Below are positions 10,829 to 19,594 of a DNA stretch of 49,629 bases, one piece after another. A program made the position numbers and the translations under genes. This DNA comes from a virus (lineage: Duplodnaviria > Caudoviricetes). How positions within the stretch are numbered: the stretch's first letter is position 1; each line of letters starts with the position of its first letter. Below the pieces are notes generated by a model. The model made no database searches. It was not told the origin of the DNA and saw only the letters and a list, made by a program, of their open reading frames with translations. The stretch covers positions 1 through 49,629 of the IMG/VR virus record IMGVR_UViG_3300032330_000294. One strand, written 5' to 3'.

Positions 10829-13800
10829 ATGGCAAGCGCAGATTTTAGAGTTAAAAACGGGTTAACAGTTGATGGTAATGCAACAGTTGTTGGAACATCA
10901 TTAAGTTTAGGAACAAGTACGACAGCATTAACAACCGCAACAGTTGGTGGTGCAATAACTGGTAACATATTAAAAATAGCTGGAACTGCTAGCGGAACAT
11001 CAAGTATAACTACTGATGTTACTACTGGTACAGTTAATATAGCTACTGGAGTAACTACTGGTACAGTTAATATAGCTACTGGTGGTGCTTCTACTACAAA
11101 CATCGGTGGAGCAGCAAGCACAGTAGCAGTTGGAACTAGCGGAAATAGTACGTTAACTGTTAGTGGTGCAGCAACTATAAAGTCACCTGCCGTTAGTGGA
11201 ACTGATACAACTGGTAATAACTTAACTATTGGATCGGGATTAGGAACTGGTGCTGGAACCTCAGGTAACTTATATTTCCAAACGGCACCAGCTGGATCAA
11301 CTGGTACTACAGTTAATACATATGCTAGTAGATTAATAATTGACTATAACGGACAAATAGTTATTGGTCCAAGTTTAGGATCTGCTGGTAGAACTCTTAC
11401 TATTAGTAAAACAATTACCGGAGCAACTAGCTCTTATGGTATACTCAACAACGGAACTGTACAATCTGATGTAACTACTCTTGCTGTTAACTATTATTCA
11501 ACTGGTATAACCGCAGCTTCGTTATTTACATTAACAGATCAAAAGAACTTTTCAGCTAACCAAGGTGTATATGGTACTAGTTCTATCGTAACTAATCAGT
11601 ATGGATTCTCCGCTGAGAGTACATTAATTGGAGCAACTAACAATTACGGATTTTATTCAAATATAGCAGCACCAACATCAGGCGGAACAGCCAGTGCTGT
11701 TGTATTTAATATTGCCCAATCAGGAACTACTGTAACTGTTTATACTGTAGCTAATCACGGATTTAGTACTGGTCAATATGTTACTATCGTGCCAACGGCT
11801 CCAGCAACGTCATTAACTAGCGGTGCATTAGTAACTATATTATCACCTGGAACTACAAATTTTACATTGATTGGCGCCGCTAATAGTACTGCTGGAACGT
11901 CATTTACTGCTACCGGTGCAGGAACCGGTACAGGAACAGTTACATTTAATAGCCAAGGAACTGTACAAATTACAGTCATTTCGGCTAACGGATTTACATA
12001 TACGACTGGAACTAGTGCTACATTTACTACTGTAAGTGGTGCTAGTGGAGCAATAACTGTAAGTTCACGTTATAATCTCTATATGGCAGGTACTGCTAAT
12101 AATTATATCGCAAGTAAATTAGGTATTGCTAATACTGCACCGAGCGCATTACTTACACTTGGTACTGCTGGCACAACTGCCGGAACACTATCGTTAGCAG
12201 GATCTACTAGCGGAACTGCTACTATAAACGTATCCGCCGCTGCTGGAACCCCAACATTAACCTTACCAACACTAACTGGTACTTTAGTTGGAACTGGTGA
12301 TACTGGAACAGTTACAAACACTATGTTAGCTGGATCTATAGCTAATTCTAAATTAACAAATAGTGCTATTACTATCAATAGTGCTAGTACTTCATTAGGT
12401 AGTAGTGTAATAATATATGCAGGTACTACAGCATTGCAGACATCTAGTGCTAATCAAACACTTAGTGGTATTACTAGCATTGATGGTGGAACTAGTGTTA
12501 GCCAAGCACTTACAATACAATCAACTACTGGTATTGGAACTAGCGATAGCATTGTGTTTAAAGTTGGCAACAATGGTGCTACAACTGCTATGACTATTAA
12601 TACTAGCGGTAATATTACTGTTTCAGGAAACTTAACTGTAAACGGAACAACTACTACTGTTAATAGCAGCACTATGACTGTTGATGATAAGAATCTAGAA
12701 TTAGGAGTGGTCGTTAGTGCCACTGTTAGCACAACTGGTACTGTTGGAACTATAACTGGAGCATTATTACAAGGATCTACAACATTTACTGCGAGTGGAA
12801 CTAGCGTAACAGCAGCAGCAACTTATACAGGAGTCAGTCAATCGGCTACGAGTGGCAGTGGTTCTGGCGCTGTATTTACTATACAAAAAACAGGTTCAGG
12901 CACAGAATATAGTGGATTTATTACTGTGACTATAACAACTGCTGGAACTGGTTATGCTATTGGTAATACTATTACGATACCCGGAGCTAGTTTAGGCGGG
13001 ACTACTCCTACAAATAACTTAACTCTAACTGTAGCAACAGCATTAGGAAGTCCGTGGTCTGCTACTGTTACTGGAATGACAGCTACTACTGGATTAGTTG
13101 TTGGTAGTGTAATTTCTGCTACAAATGGATCTCCAGGAAGTTTAGGAGGCAGCGGTACATATATTGTTGCTAGCATTGATAGTGCAACAAGCATAACTTA
13201 CACTGCAACTGGTGGAACAACTCCAGTTGCAGGATCGATAACTAATATCACAACAACTGGAGCTACAGACACTACAGCCGACGGTGGTGGTATAACACTT
13301 AAAGGTGCTACAGATAAAACTATTACCTGGGATAGTACAAACAGCAATTGGACATCTAATCAAGACTGGAATCTTGCTAGTGGAAAAGCCTTTAAAATCA
13401 ATAATACTAGTGTACTAAATGCTACTACACTTGGATCAGGTGTTACTGCTTCTAGTTTAACTAGTGTTGGAACTTTAGTTAATTTAACAGTTACAAATAC
13501 TATTACTGGAAGTATCAGTGGTAATGCTGCTACTGCTACTACTGCCGCAGCTTGTAGTGGTAATGCTGCTACTGCTACTACTGCTACTACTGCTACTAAT
13601 TCTAATAATGCTGCAATTACATCTGATAGCGCATCAACTACAGCTTATGTAACATTTGTAACAGCAACTTCAGGTAATACAGCTATACGAGCAAATACTA
13701 GTATGACATATAATGCGTCAACTAACGTTTTAACAACTACAGCAACACAAGCAAGATATGCTGACTTAGCAGAAAGATATACAGCAGACGATAACTACGA

Positions 13801-14131
13801 GCCAGGTACTGTATTGGACTTCGGCGGAGCTAATGAAGTAACTATTTCAAATACTGATATGAGTCGTAAGATAGCAGGTATAGTTTCAACTAATCCAGGA
13901 TACTTAATGAACGCAGAATTAGAATCTGAGTTTGTTGTAACACTAGCATTGACTGGTCGTGTTCCATGTAAAGTACAGGGTGCTGTACGTAAGGGCGATA
14001 TGATGGTATCGGCTAGCAATGGTTATGCTAGAGCAGAAGAAGATCCTAAACTTGGTTCTGTCATTGGTAAGGCATTAGAAGATTTTAATGGTATTACTGG
14101 AGTTATTGAAGTAGTAGTTGGTAGACTCTAA
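10829..14131 (+). CDS. Tail fibre protein (1100 aa) with C-terminal intramolecular-chaperone/autocleavage-like domain
   Basis: GGAGAG RBS; N-terminal DFRVKNGL; GNLTVNGTTTTVNS..VDDKNLELG; C-terminal ADLAERY.AD..YEPGTVL.FGG..EVT...ALTGRVPCKV...IGKALE (peptidase G2/S74-like IMC). Confidence 0.8.
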   Translation: MASADFRVKNGLTVDGNATVVGTSLSLGTSTTALTTATVGGAITGNILKIAGTASGTSSITTDVTTGTVNIATGVTTGTVNIATGGASTTNIGGAASTVAVGTSGNSTLTVSGAATIKSPAVSGTDTTGNNLTIGSGLGTGAGTSGNLYFQTAPAGSTGTTVNTYASRLIIDYNGQIVIGPSLGSAGRTLTISKTITGATSSYGILNNGTVQSDVTTLAVNYYSTGITAASLFTLTDQKNFSANQGVYGTSSIVTNQYGFSAESTLIGATNNYGFYSNIAAPTSGGTASAVVFNIAQSGTTVTVYTVANHGFSTGQYVTIVPTAPATSLTSGALVTILSPGTTNFTLIGAANSTAGTSFTATGAGTGTGTVTFNSQGTVQITVISANGFTYTTGTSATFTTVSGASGAITVSSRYNLYMAGTANNYIASKLGIANTAPSALLTLGTAGTTAGTLSLAGSTSGTATINVSAAAGTPTLTLPTLTGTLVGTGDTGTVTNTMLAGSIANSKLTNSAITINSASTSLGSSVIIYAGTTALQTSSANQTLSGITSIDGGTSVSQALTIQSTTGIGTSDSIVFKVGNNGATTAMTINTSGNITVSGNLTVNGTTTTVNSSTMTVDDKNLELGVVVSATVSTTGTVGTITGALLQGSTTFTASGTSVTAAATYTGVSQSATSGSGSGAVFTIQKTGSGTEYSGFITVTITTAGTGYAIGNTITIPGASLGGTTPTNNLTLTVATALGSPWSATVTGMTATTGLVVGSVISATNGSPGSLGGSGTYIVASIDSATSITYTATGGTTPVAGSITNITTTGATDTTADGGGITLKGATDKTITWDSTNSNWTSNQDWNLASGKAFKINNTSVLNATTLGSGVTASSLTSVGTLVNLTVTNTITGSISGNAATATTAAACSGNAATATTATTATNSNNAAITSDSASTTAYVTFVTATSGNTAIRANTSMTYNASTNVLTTTATQARYADLAERYTADDNYEPGTVLDFGGANEVTISNTDMSRKIAGIVSTNPGYLMNAELESEFVVTLALTGRVPCKVQGAVRKGDMMVSASNGYARAEEDPKLGSVIGKALEDFNGITGVIEVVVGRL

Positions 14132-14565
14132 TTAATAGAGTCTAGCAATTCAAATACTGTATCAATCTTAGCCCGTGTAACACGGTTACTTAATGTATTT
14201 CGGATACCTTGATGCACAGGCTTTGGCCACTTATCTATCAAACACCATGCCCAGCCCATATGCTCGTTACTTAATACAGGAACAAATTCATCTTTTACTA
14301 TACAAACATATGTCTGGAAATTGAAATGCTCGTCATCACTAACGAAAGATTCAAGTGGTATTGATTTAATTACATCAGGAAAGAATCCTATCTCTTCAGT
14401 AACTTCACGCTTTAGACCTTCCCATAGTGATTCACCTTGTTCAGTCTTACCACCAACTAATCCCCAGATACCTTCTTTCTTACCTGAAGATTTCTGTAAC
14501 AATAGAAACCTATGAGTCTTTTGGCTTAGGAATAGAGCACCGCTTCCTTTTACTTTTTTTATCAT
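14128..14565 (-). CDS. Nudix hydrolase
   Basis: Nudix box GGKTEQGESLWEGLKREVTEEIG. Start placed at ATG 14565, which overlaps the upstream TGA (ATGA). Confidence 0.9.
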   Translation of the reverse strand: MIKKVKGSGALFLSQKTHRFLLLQKSSGKKEGIWGLVGGKTEQGESLWEGLKREVTEEIGFFPDVIKSIPLESFVSDDEHFNFQTYVCIVKDEFVPVLSNEHMGWAWCLIDKWPKPVHQGIRNTLSNRVTRAKIDTVFELLDSIN

Positions 14566-15920
14566 AATGATAAGCGCCACAATCCTGCAACATATTCACC
14601 ATCAAAACTCTTAGTCCAGACTTCACCATCCCATTTATACTGTATACCAGTTTTTAAGTTTCTAGTATACACTGTATCAGTTACAGTAGAAGCAGGAAAT
14701 ACAATATTCCAATTAGCGCCATTCCACTCAATGATATCATTTTCATTAGCATAAAAATCAGAACCATCGTTGTTTTTCCAAGCAGTGGGTCCAGTAGTAT
14801 TTGTTATATCACCGATAGGATTTAGTATTAGATACCTTATTCCATTAGCAACATTCTTAGGATTATAAGTTAACGGATCAATAATAGCATCAATGCTACT
14901 GCGACCTGTTATAATTGTATTAGTTGGATATGTATCTGGATCCCAATTAACTAATAAAACTGTTTGATCGATAGGATCAACAGCAGCAGTACCGATTATA
15001 TCTGATCCACTTGGTTGTTTTAAATATATCGTACTAGCACCAGCACGGAATTCTCCGTATTGATCTAATAAACTAAACCAATTGATATCTATACCATACT
15101 TAATAGGTAATCCAAATGTATCATCAATAACTGATGCTCCTTCATCTACTAGTTTAACTCTATTATCTGTTACAACAATACCATAGTTTCCAGGAGTAAC
15201 ATAAACAGGACTTGCAGGTTGACCACCAATAAAGTCTGGAGATAATTGGCCAGACTCTGAGAATATATTACTAATAACTGTTTGTACAACACCAAGACGT
15301 TTAAGAGCACCAGGCGGAGTTAACCAAATAGGAGTTTCAAATTCCATAGTAGCAACATCAATATCACTATCAACACCGACTGGAATAGTCCTACTACTAA
15401 ATGTTACATCTTGTAGATACACAACAGTTAAACTTGTCCAATCAACATAGTTGTCAGTAGTTTGTATTTCAAAACTAGGATTAAATAGAACTAGTATCTG
15501 TTCTAATATCTGTAATTTTTGATCAGTATTAGTTGTCCAAATATCAGCCTTAAAAGTTAACTTATAAGGTGTAGGCATTAATCTTTCAATAGTATAATTT
15601 TGACCTTGAGTTGATGTATAGGTATTAGTAACGGGATCAATTGCACGTTCGCGAATATGTATCTTATTAATATAAGAAGCATCTGCTAATCTACTAGTAT
15701 CTAATTCTATATCAGAAATATAAAGTGTGATACGAGGAGCACTTGGTAAAGTGTTCTCAGAATTATTCTTTAATATCTGGGCAACTTGCCTAGTCATATC
15801 ACCATATAGTACTGGAACAACTTTTTCAGTACCATCACCGGCTCTTGTTTTAAATCCAGCAAGCATACGTAATGCCTGTGCTAGATATCGTCGGACTTGC
15901 CCATCATAAAAATATTCCGA
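14562..15920 (-). CDS. Tail terminator / sheath stabiliser, T4 gp15-like (start unresolved)
   Basis: VPVLYGD, PRITLYISDIELD, ERLMPTPYKLTFKADIWT, QILEQILVLFNP. The frame extends upstream of ATG 15866 through SEYFYDGQVRRY, matching the gp15 N-terminal FY...RR motif. See finding. Confidence 0.8.
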   Translation of the reverse strand, partial: SEYFYDGQVRRYLAQALRMLAGFKTRAGDGTEKVVPVLYGDMTRQVAQILKNNSENTLPSAPRITLYISDIELDTSRLADASYINKIHIRERAIDPVTNTYTSTQGQNYTIERLMPTPYKLTFKADIWTTNTDQKLQILEQILVLFNPSFEIQTTDNYVDWTSLTVVYLQDVTFSSRTIPVGVDSDIDVATMEFETPIWLTPPGALKRLGVVQTVISNIFSESGQLSPDFIGGQPASPVYVTPGNYGIVVTDNRVKLVDEGASVIDDTFGLPIKYGIDINWFSLLDQYGEFRAGASTIYLKQPSGSDIIGTAAVDPIDQTVLLVNWDPDTYPTNTIITGRSSIDAIIDPLTYNPKNVANGIRYLILNPIGDITNTTGPTAWKNNDGSDFYANENDIIEWNGANWNIVFPASTVTDTVYTRNLKTGIQYKWDGEVWTKSFDGEYVAGLWRLSL

Positions 15921-15964
15921 TTTACTTCAACGGCGTTAAACCGAAGCCTCCATGTTACTTAACA

Positions 15965-17479
15965 TTAGAAATCTGCCTTTGGTTTTAGTGCTTTGCTAAG
16001 AGCAACTCTCTGTGGTACACTGCTTTGATATATTGACCATCTTACTATATCATTTACCTTTAGCGGATTAGAAGTAATAAATGCTACAAAACCATTATCA
16101 TTTTGAACATCAGCAACTGTCATGATCTGATCATTAACGAATGTTTCTACACCATAAGTCTTAACATAAGGGATCCTTGTAACAACTTTGCTGCTGGGTA
16201 AATCTAATAAACCTGTAAGGTCTGTAACACGGAATACCATTGGATTACTAACTTTAAATGTATCAGTGTACAATAGATCAATATTTGTAACAGCATTGTT
16301 ATTAGTAAATCTAGTTTTAAGTTTGGCTCTATTATCAGTATTTGTCATCGTCATTCTTACGTTATCTTCAAACTTAACCCAGCGAGTTCCATCAAATCTA
16401 AGCATTCTATTTGGTAGATAATCAGTACGGAGGAAAAAATCACCTTCTGCTGGTTCGTCAGGAAATTGTATTCCAAATCCATACGGTGACCCGTTTGGTG
16501 GAAAATCTCCTCCAACTAGATAACCTTGATATCCGCTTCTAGTTGGAGTTTGTGCTGTTTGGTCAGTTGTTCCGGGAGTATTGATCGAAGTATCGCTATC
16601 TACAGTTTTAAGAGATGAAAGCCCATTTTCGTCAACTTGTAATGTATAATAATTTCGAGTGCTATATCCACTTTGCGGAGCATTTAATTCTGCTTCAGCA
16701 ACAACTGCTTCCCCTATTGCTAATTCTTTTTCATACGTACTCATTAACGCACGAAGAGTATCGTTGCTATCTGCTACAGTAAAATAAAGCTCATTAGGTG
16801 GATTTGTATTTGTTACTTGTGCTGTAACATTATAAAGAACACCGTTATACTTCACTACCTGTCCTGGGTAATAGGTTACACTAGGATCATAATCACCAGC
16901 ATAGGAATCTGTGTTCTGGGGCATATCTAATATGTCTTTAAATTCTTGACTATCTACAATAGGTTTCAGTTTAAGTCTAAAAAGATGAGGATACCAAGTA
17001 ACTGAAAAACCTTCAGATCCTCGACTAACTTCTTCAACAACATAATATCTTTTTAAACTAGCAGCAAAATCGTTTAACGCAAAATCATCTATGAGATGCG
17101 GTAATTCAAATACATCACCTGCTACAGGCTTGCGTCCTAATATCTCAACGCTGTTATTCATATGTACACTCATGAACACTGTGTCATTTTGTAAGAACAA
17201 TCCAAACTGGCTTAGATTAAAATCAATATCCTGTATATTATAAATACCACGCATTACATGTATAGTGCTATCATACTTACGGTCTCTATTTTCTAAAAAT
17301 AGAACATCTTGTATAGTAGTAGTACTAGTTGCAATATTTGGATTAGAAGGATCAATTGGTCCTAGATATTTGTGTATGTGGATATCAGTTCCACCTACTT
17401 GGAACATCTCATAGACAGTTTTGTCTATGAACTTATAATCATTTCCCTTTTCTGGGCGATAGAGACTGAGTCTTGGCAT
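15965..17479 (-). CDS. Neck / head-closure protein, T4 gp14-like, with extensions
   Basis: Start MPRLSLYRP lies 7 nt after TATAAATA; DFNLSQFGLFLQND, GRKPVAGDVFELPHL; located between gp13- and gp15-like genes. Confidence 0.7.
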   Translation of the reverse strand: MPRLSLYRPEKGNDYKFIDKTVYEMFQVGGTDIHIHKYLGPIDPSNPNIATSTTTIQDVLFLENRDRKYDSTIHVMRGIYNIQDIDFNLSQFGLFLQNDTVFMSVHMNNSVEILGRKPVAGDVFELPHLIDDFALNDFAASLKRYYVVEEVSRGSEGFSVTWYPHLFRLKLKPIVDSQEFKDILDMPQNTDSYAGDYDPSVTYYPGQVVKYNGVLYNVTAQVTNTNPPNELYFTVADSNDTLRALMSTYEKELAIGEAVVAEAELNAPQSGYSTRNYYTLQVDENGLSSLKTVDSDTSINTPGTTDQTAQTPTRSGYQGYLVGGDFPPNGSPYGFGIQFPDEPAEGDFFLRTDYLPNRMLRFDGTRWVKFEDNVRMTMTNTDNRAKLKTRFTNNNAVTNIDLLYTDTFKVSNPMVFRVTDLTGLLDLPSSKVVTRIPYVKTYGVETFVNDQIMTVADVQNDNGFVAFITSNPLKVNDIVRWSIYQSSVPQRVALSKALKPKADF

Positions 17480-17486
17480 GGTACAG

Positions 17487-17508
17487 TATTTATAGCCTGC
17501 GATAAATA
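17487..17508. promoter_or_regulatory. Back-to-back T4-type late promoters
   Basis: TATAAATA on minus (17487-17494) and TAAATA on plus (17503-17508) between divergent genes. Confidence 0.7.
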
Positions 17509-17536
17509 CGATAAGCAAAGCGTTTTAGGTGGAATC

Positions 17537-17800
17537 ATGGCACAACAATCAATTAACATCGGGCAAGGACCAAATACCAAAGACGGGGATCCTATCCGCG
17601 AAGCTTTCAGAAAAACAGAAGAAAACTTTACAGAACTATATAGTGGAAACGGAATTTTAGCAATAAACGGCGGAGATAGTACTAGTTCGTATTCTCCCGA
17701 TGCACCATCAAGTGATACTATAAGTAAAATAGCTTTAAAAAATATATTAGATGCTAGTGTAGACTTTAATGACTTTAAAACAAGGATAGCAGCATTATGA
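17537..17800 (+). CDS. Short structural protein (87 aa) with gp9/gp10-type N-terminal baseplate motif
   Basis: MAQQSINIG.GPN...GDPIREAFRK.EENFTELY; AGGTGGA RBS before ATG 17537 (the ORF-track start overlaps the opposite gene). Confidence 0.65.
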   Translation: MAQQSINIGQGPNTKDGDPIREAFRKTEENFTELYSGNGILAINGGDSTSSYSPDAPSSDTISKIALKNILDASVDFNDFKTRIAAL

Positions 17801-18555
17801 GTAATCTAGACGACGCTAAACAACAAGTTTATGATTATGTTAACGCTATGTTGGGCGGAGGTATGATTGATCTAGAACTTGATCCTATACACTATCAAAC
17901 AGCTCTAGATCGTGCTCTAAACAAATATAGACAACGTGGCGATAGTTCAGTTGAAGAAAGTTATATGTTCTTAACACTTGAAATAGATACTAATACATAT
18001 ACACTTCCTAAAGAAGTTGTAAGTGTAAGACAGTTGTTCCGTCGAAGTATCGGATCAAGGTCAGGGTTAGGAAGTGGCGGAACAACATTTGAACCATTCA
18101 ACATGGCCTACACTAATACCTACTTACTATCAAGTTCTAACATGGGTGGATTGCTAACTTATGAGATGTATGCCCAGTATCAAGAACTAGTTGGACGTAT
18201 GTTTGGTAGTTTTATTAATTATAACTATAACCAAAGCACACGTAAACTCACGATAACACAACGTCCACGTGGTGAAGAAGAAATCCTAATCTGGACATAT
18301 AATCATCGTCCAGACTTTGTTATACTTGAAGATGTATATGCTAACCAATGGCTTAAAGATTATACTCTAGCAACTTGTAAGCTAATGATGGGCGAGGCAC
18401 GTGAGAAGTTTAGTCAGATCGCTGGACCACAGGGTGGTGGATCACTAAACGGCACTGCTATTAAGGGTGAGGCTAAAGCAGATATAGAGCGTCTAGAGAC
18501 TGAGTTAGCAACACAAGTAACGGGCGGTCAGGGCTATACCTTTATTATAGGTTGA
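17797..18555 (+). CDS. Neck protein / head-tail adaptor, T4 gp13-like
   Basis: LGGGMIDLEL, WLKDYTLATCK..MGEAREKF...GPQGGGSLNG, C-terminal FIIG. Confidence 0.8.
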   Translation: MSNLDDAKQQVYDYVNAMLGGGMIDLELDPIHYQTALDRALNKYRQRGDSSVEESYMFLTLEIDTNTYTLPKEVVSVRQLFRRSIGSRSGLGSGGTTFEPFNMAYTNTYLLSSSNMGGLLTYEMYAQYQELVGRMFGSFINYNYNQSTRKLTITQRPRGEEEILIWTYNHRPDFVILEDVYANQWLKDYTLATCKLMMGEAREKFSQIAGPQGGGSLNGTAIKGEAKADIERLETELATQVTGGQGYTFIIG

Positions 18556-18580
18556 CAAGATTTATCTTCTATATTATTAT
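18552..18580 (+). promoter_or_regulatory. sigma70-type promoter
   Basis: TTGACA-N17-TATTAT; the ATG begins 7 nt after the -10 box. Confidence 0.75.
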
Positions 18581-18586
18581 TAAAAT

Positions 18587-19171
18587 ATGATTATCGGAAT
18601 TTGCGGACTAATAGGAAGTGGCAAAGGAACTGTAGCAGATATCCTACAGGATGATTTCGGCTTTACAAAAATCAGTTTTGCTGACAGCCTAAAAGATGCT
18701 GTTGCTGCTATATTCAGTTGGGATAGACAGTTGCTTGAAGGTGCTACTGATGAGAGCAGAGAGTGGCGAGAACAAGTTGATCCGTGGTGGGCTGAACGAT
18801 TAAAAATGCCAGAACTAACTCCTCGATTAATCTTACAATTATGGGGAACTGAAGTTTGTCGAGCAGGTTTCCATCAAGATATCTGGATCGCTAGCCTAGA
18901 ACGAAAGATAGAAAAAGATAAGAATTACGTTATCCCTGACACACGCTTTCCTAACGAGATAGATCTAATCAAGAGGATCAATGGAGAAATTTGGTGTGTT
19001 AAGCGTGGACCTGATCCTAAGTGGTTTGTACAATACCAATTAGGAGGATCTCCACCTAACTATATCCATTCAAGCGAGTGGGAATGGGCAAGATCTAAGT
19101 TTAGCAAGACACTAGAGAATAGTGGAACTCTTGAAGATCTTAAAAGTCTGGTTCAAGGTCACCTCTCTTAA
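18587..19171 (+). CDS. Deoxynucleoside monophosphate kinase (T4 gp1-like)
   Basis: IIGICGLIGSGKGT P-loop, SFADSLK, TPRLILQLWGTE, VIPDTRFPNE, HSSEW. Confidence 0.92.
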   Translation: MIIGICGLIGSGKGTVADILQDDFGFTKISFADSLKDAVAAIFSWDRQLLEGATDESREWREQVDPWWAERLKMPELTPRLILQLWGTEVCRAGFHQDIWIASLERKIEKDKNYVIPDTRFPNEIDLIKRINGEIWCVKRGPDPKWFVQYQLGGSPPNYIHSSEWEWARSKFSKTLENSGTLEDLKSLVQGHLS

Positions 19172-19463
19172 TTTCTATCTTGTTAGCAACTTTAGCAGCA
19201 CCTTCGCAGTTTAAGCACAGCGTCTTAAACGTATTGCTATAATCAAGGACTGTGAGTTGTTCTTGATATTTAGGAACAAAGCCGCAAGCTTCACATTTTA
19301 CACGTTTCTTATAACCTTCTCGGACCCAACGAGGCTTTTGACCTTTTTTCTGCACACGCATACAGGGATCACACATTGACCTATAATAGATTTTGTCAGG
19401 AGTCTTATAGTTAATTGCTCTTAGATTATGATTACATATCTTACATAATTTTCTATCGCTCAT
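19140..19463 (-). CDS. Cys-rich zinc-binding protein, degenerate HNH-like
   Basis: Four CxxC pairs (CKIC, CDPC, CEAC, CLNC); upstream TATAAATA (19487-19494, minus) and AAAGGT RBS. Confidence 0.65.
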   Translation of the reverse strand: MSDRKLCKICNHNLRAINYKTPDKIYYRSMCDPCMRVQKKGQKPRWVREGYKKRVKCEACGFVPKYQEQLTVLDYSNTFKTLCLNCEGAAKVANKIEIKRGDLEPDF

Positions 19464-19594
19464 TTCATTTTACCTTTAATTACCTTTATTTATAATAAAT
19501 CATACCTTTGATATACCTTTTTAGACACGTATAATCGCCATTTTTTCCTATAACAACTAAATATTACTGAAGTCTGTTATACAGGAGATCCAAG

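Noticed and set aside
391-14019. Many minus-strand ORFs (Val/Pro/Ala-rich) opposite the fibre genes
   Set aside because: Antisense shadows of ACT/ACA/GGT-rich codons, fully inside long plus-strand genes, with no RBS or promoter.
2492-14131. Possible diversity-generating retroelement or invertible shufflon acting on the fibres
   Set aside because: No reverse transcriptase or invertase in the window, no template/variable repeat pair differing only at adenines, and no inverted crossover sites recognised.
15927-15938. Stop-codon reassignment as the explanation for the in-frame TAA/TGA before the gp15-like gene
   Set aside because: TAA, TGA and TAG all end genes normally elsewhere, and long ORFs are intact in the standard code.
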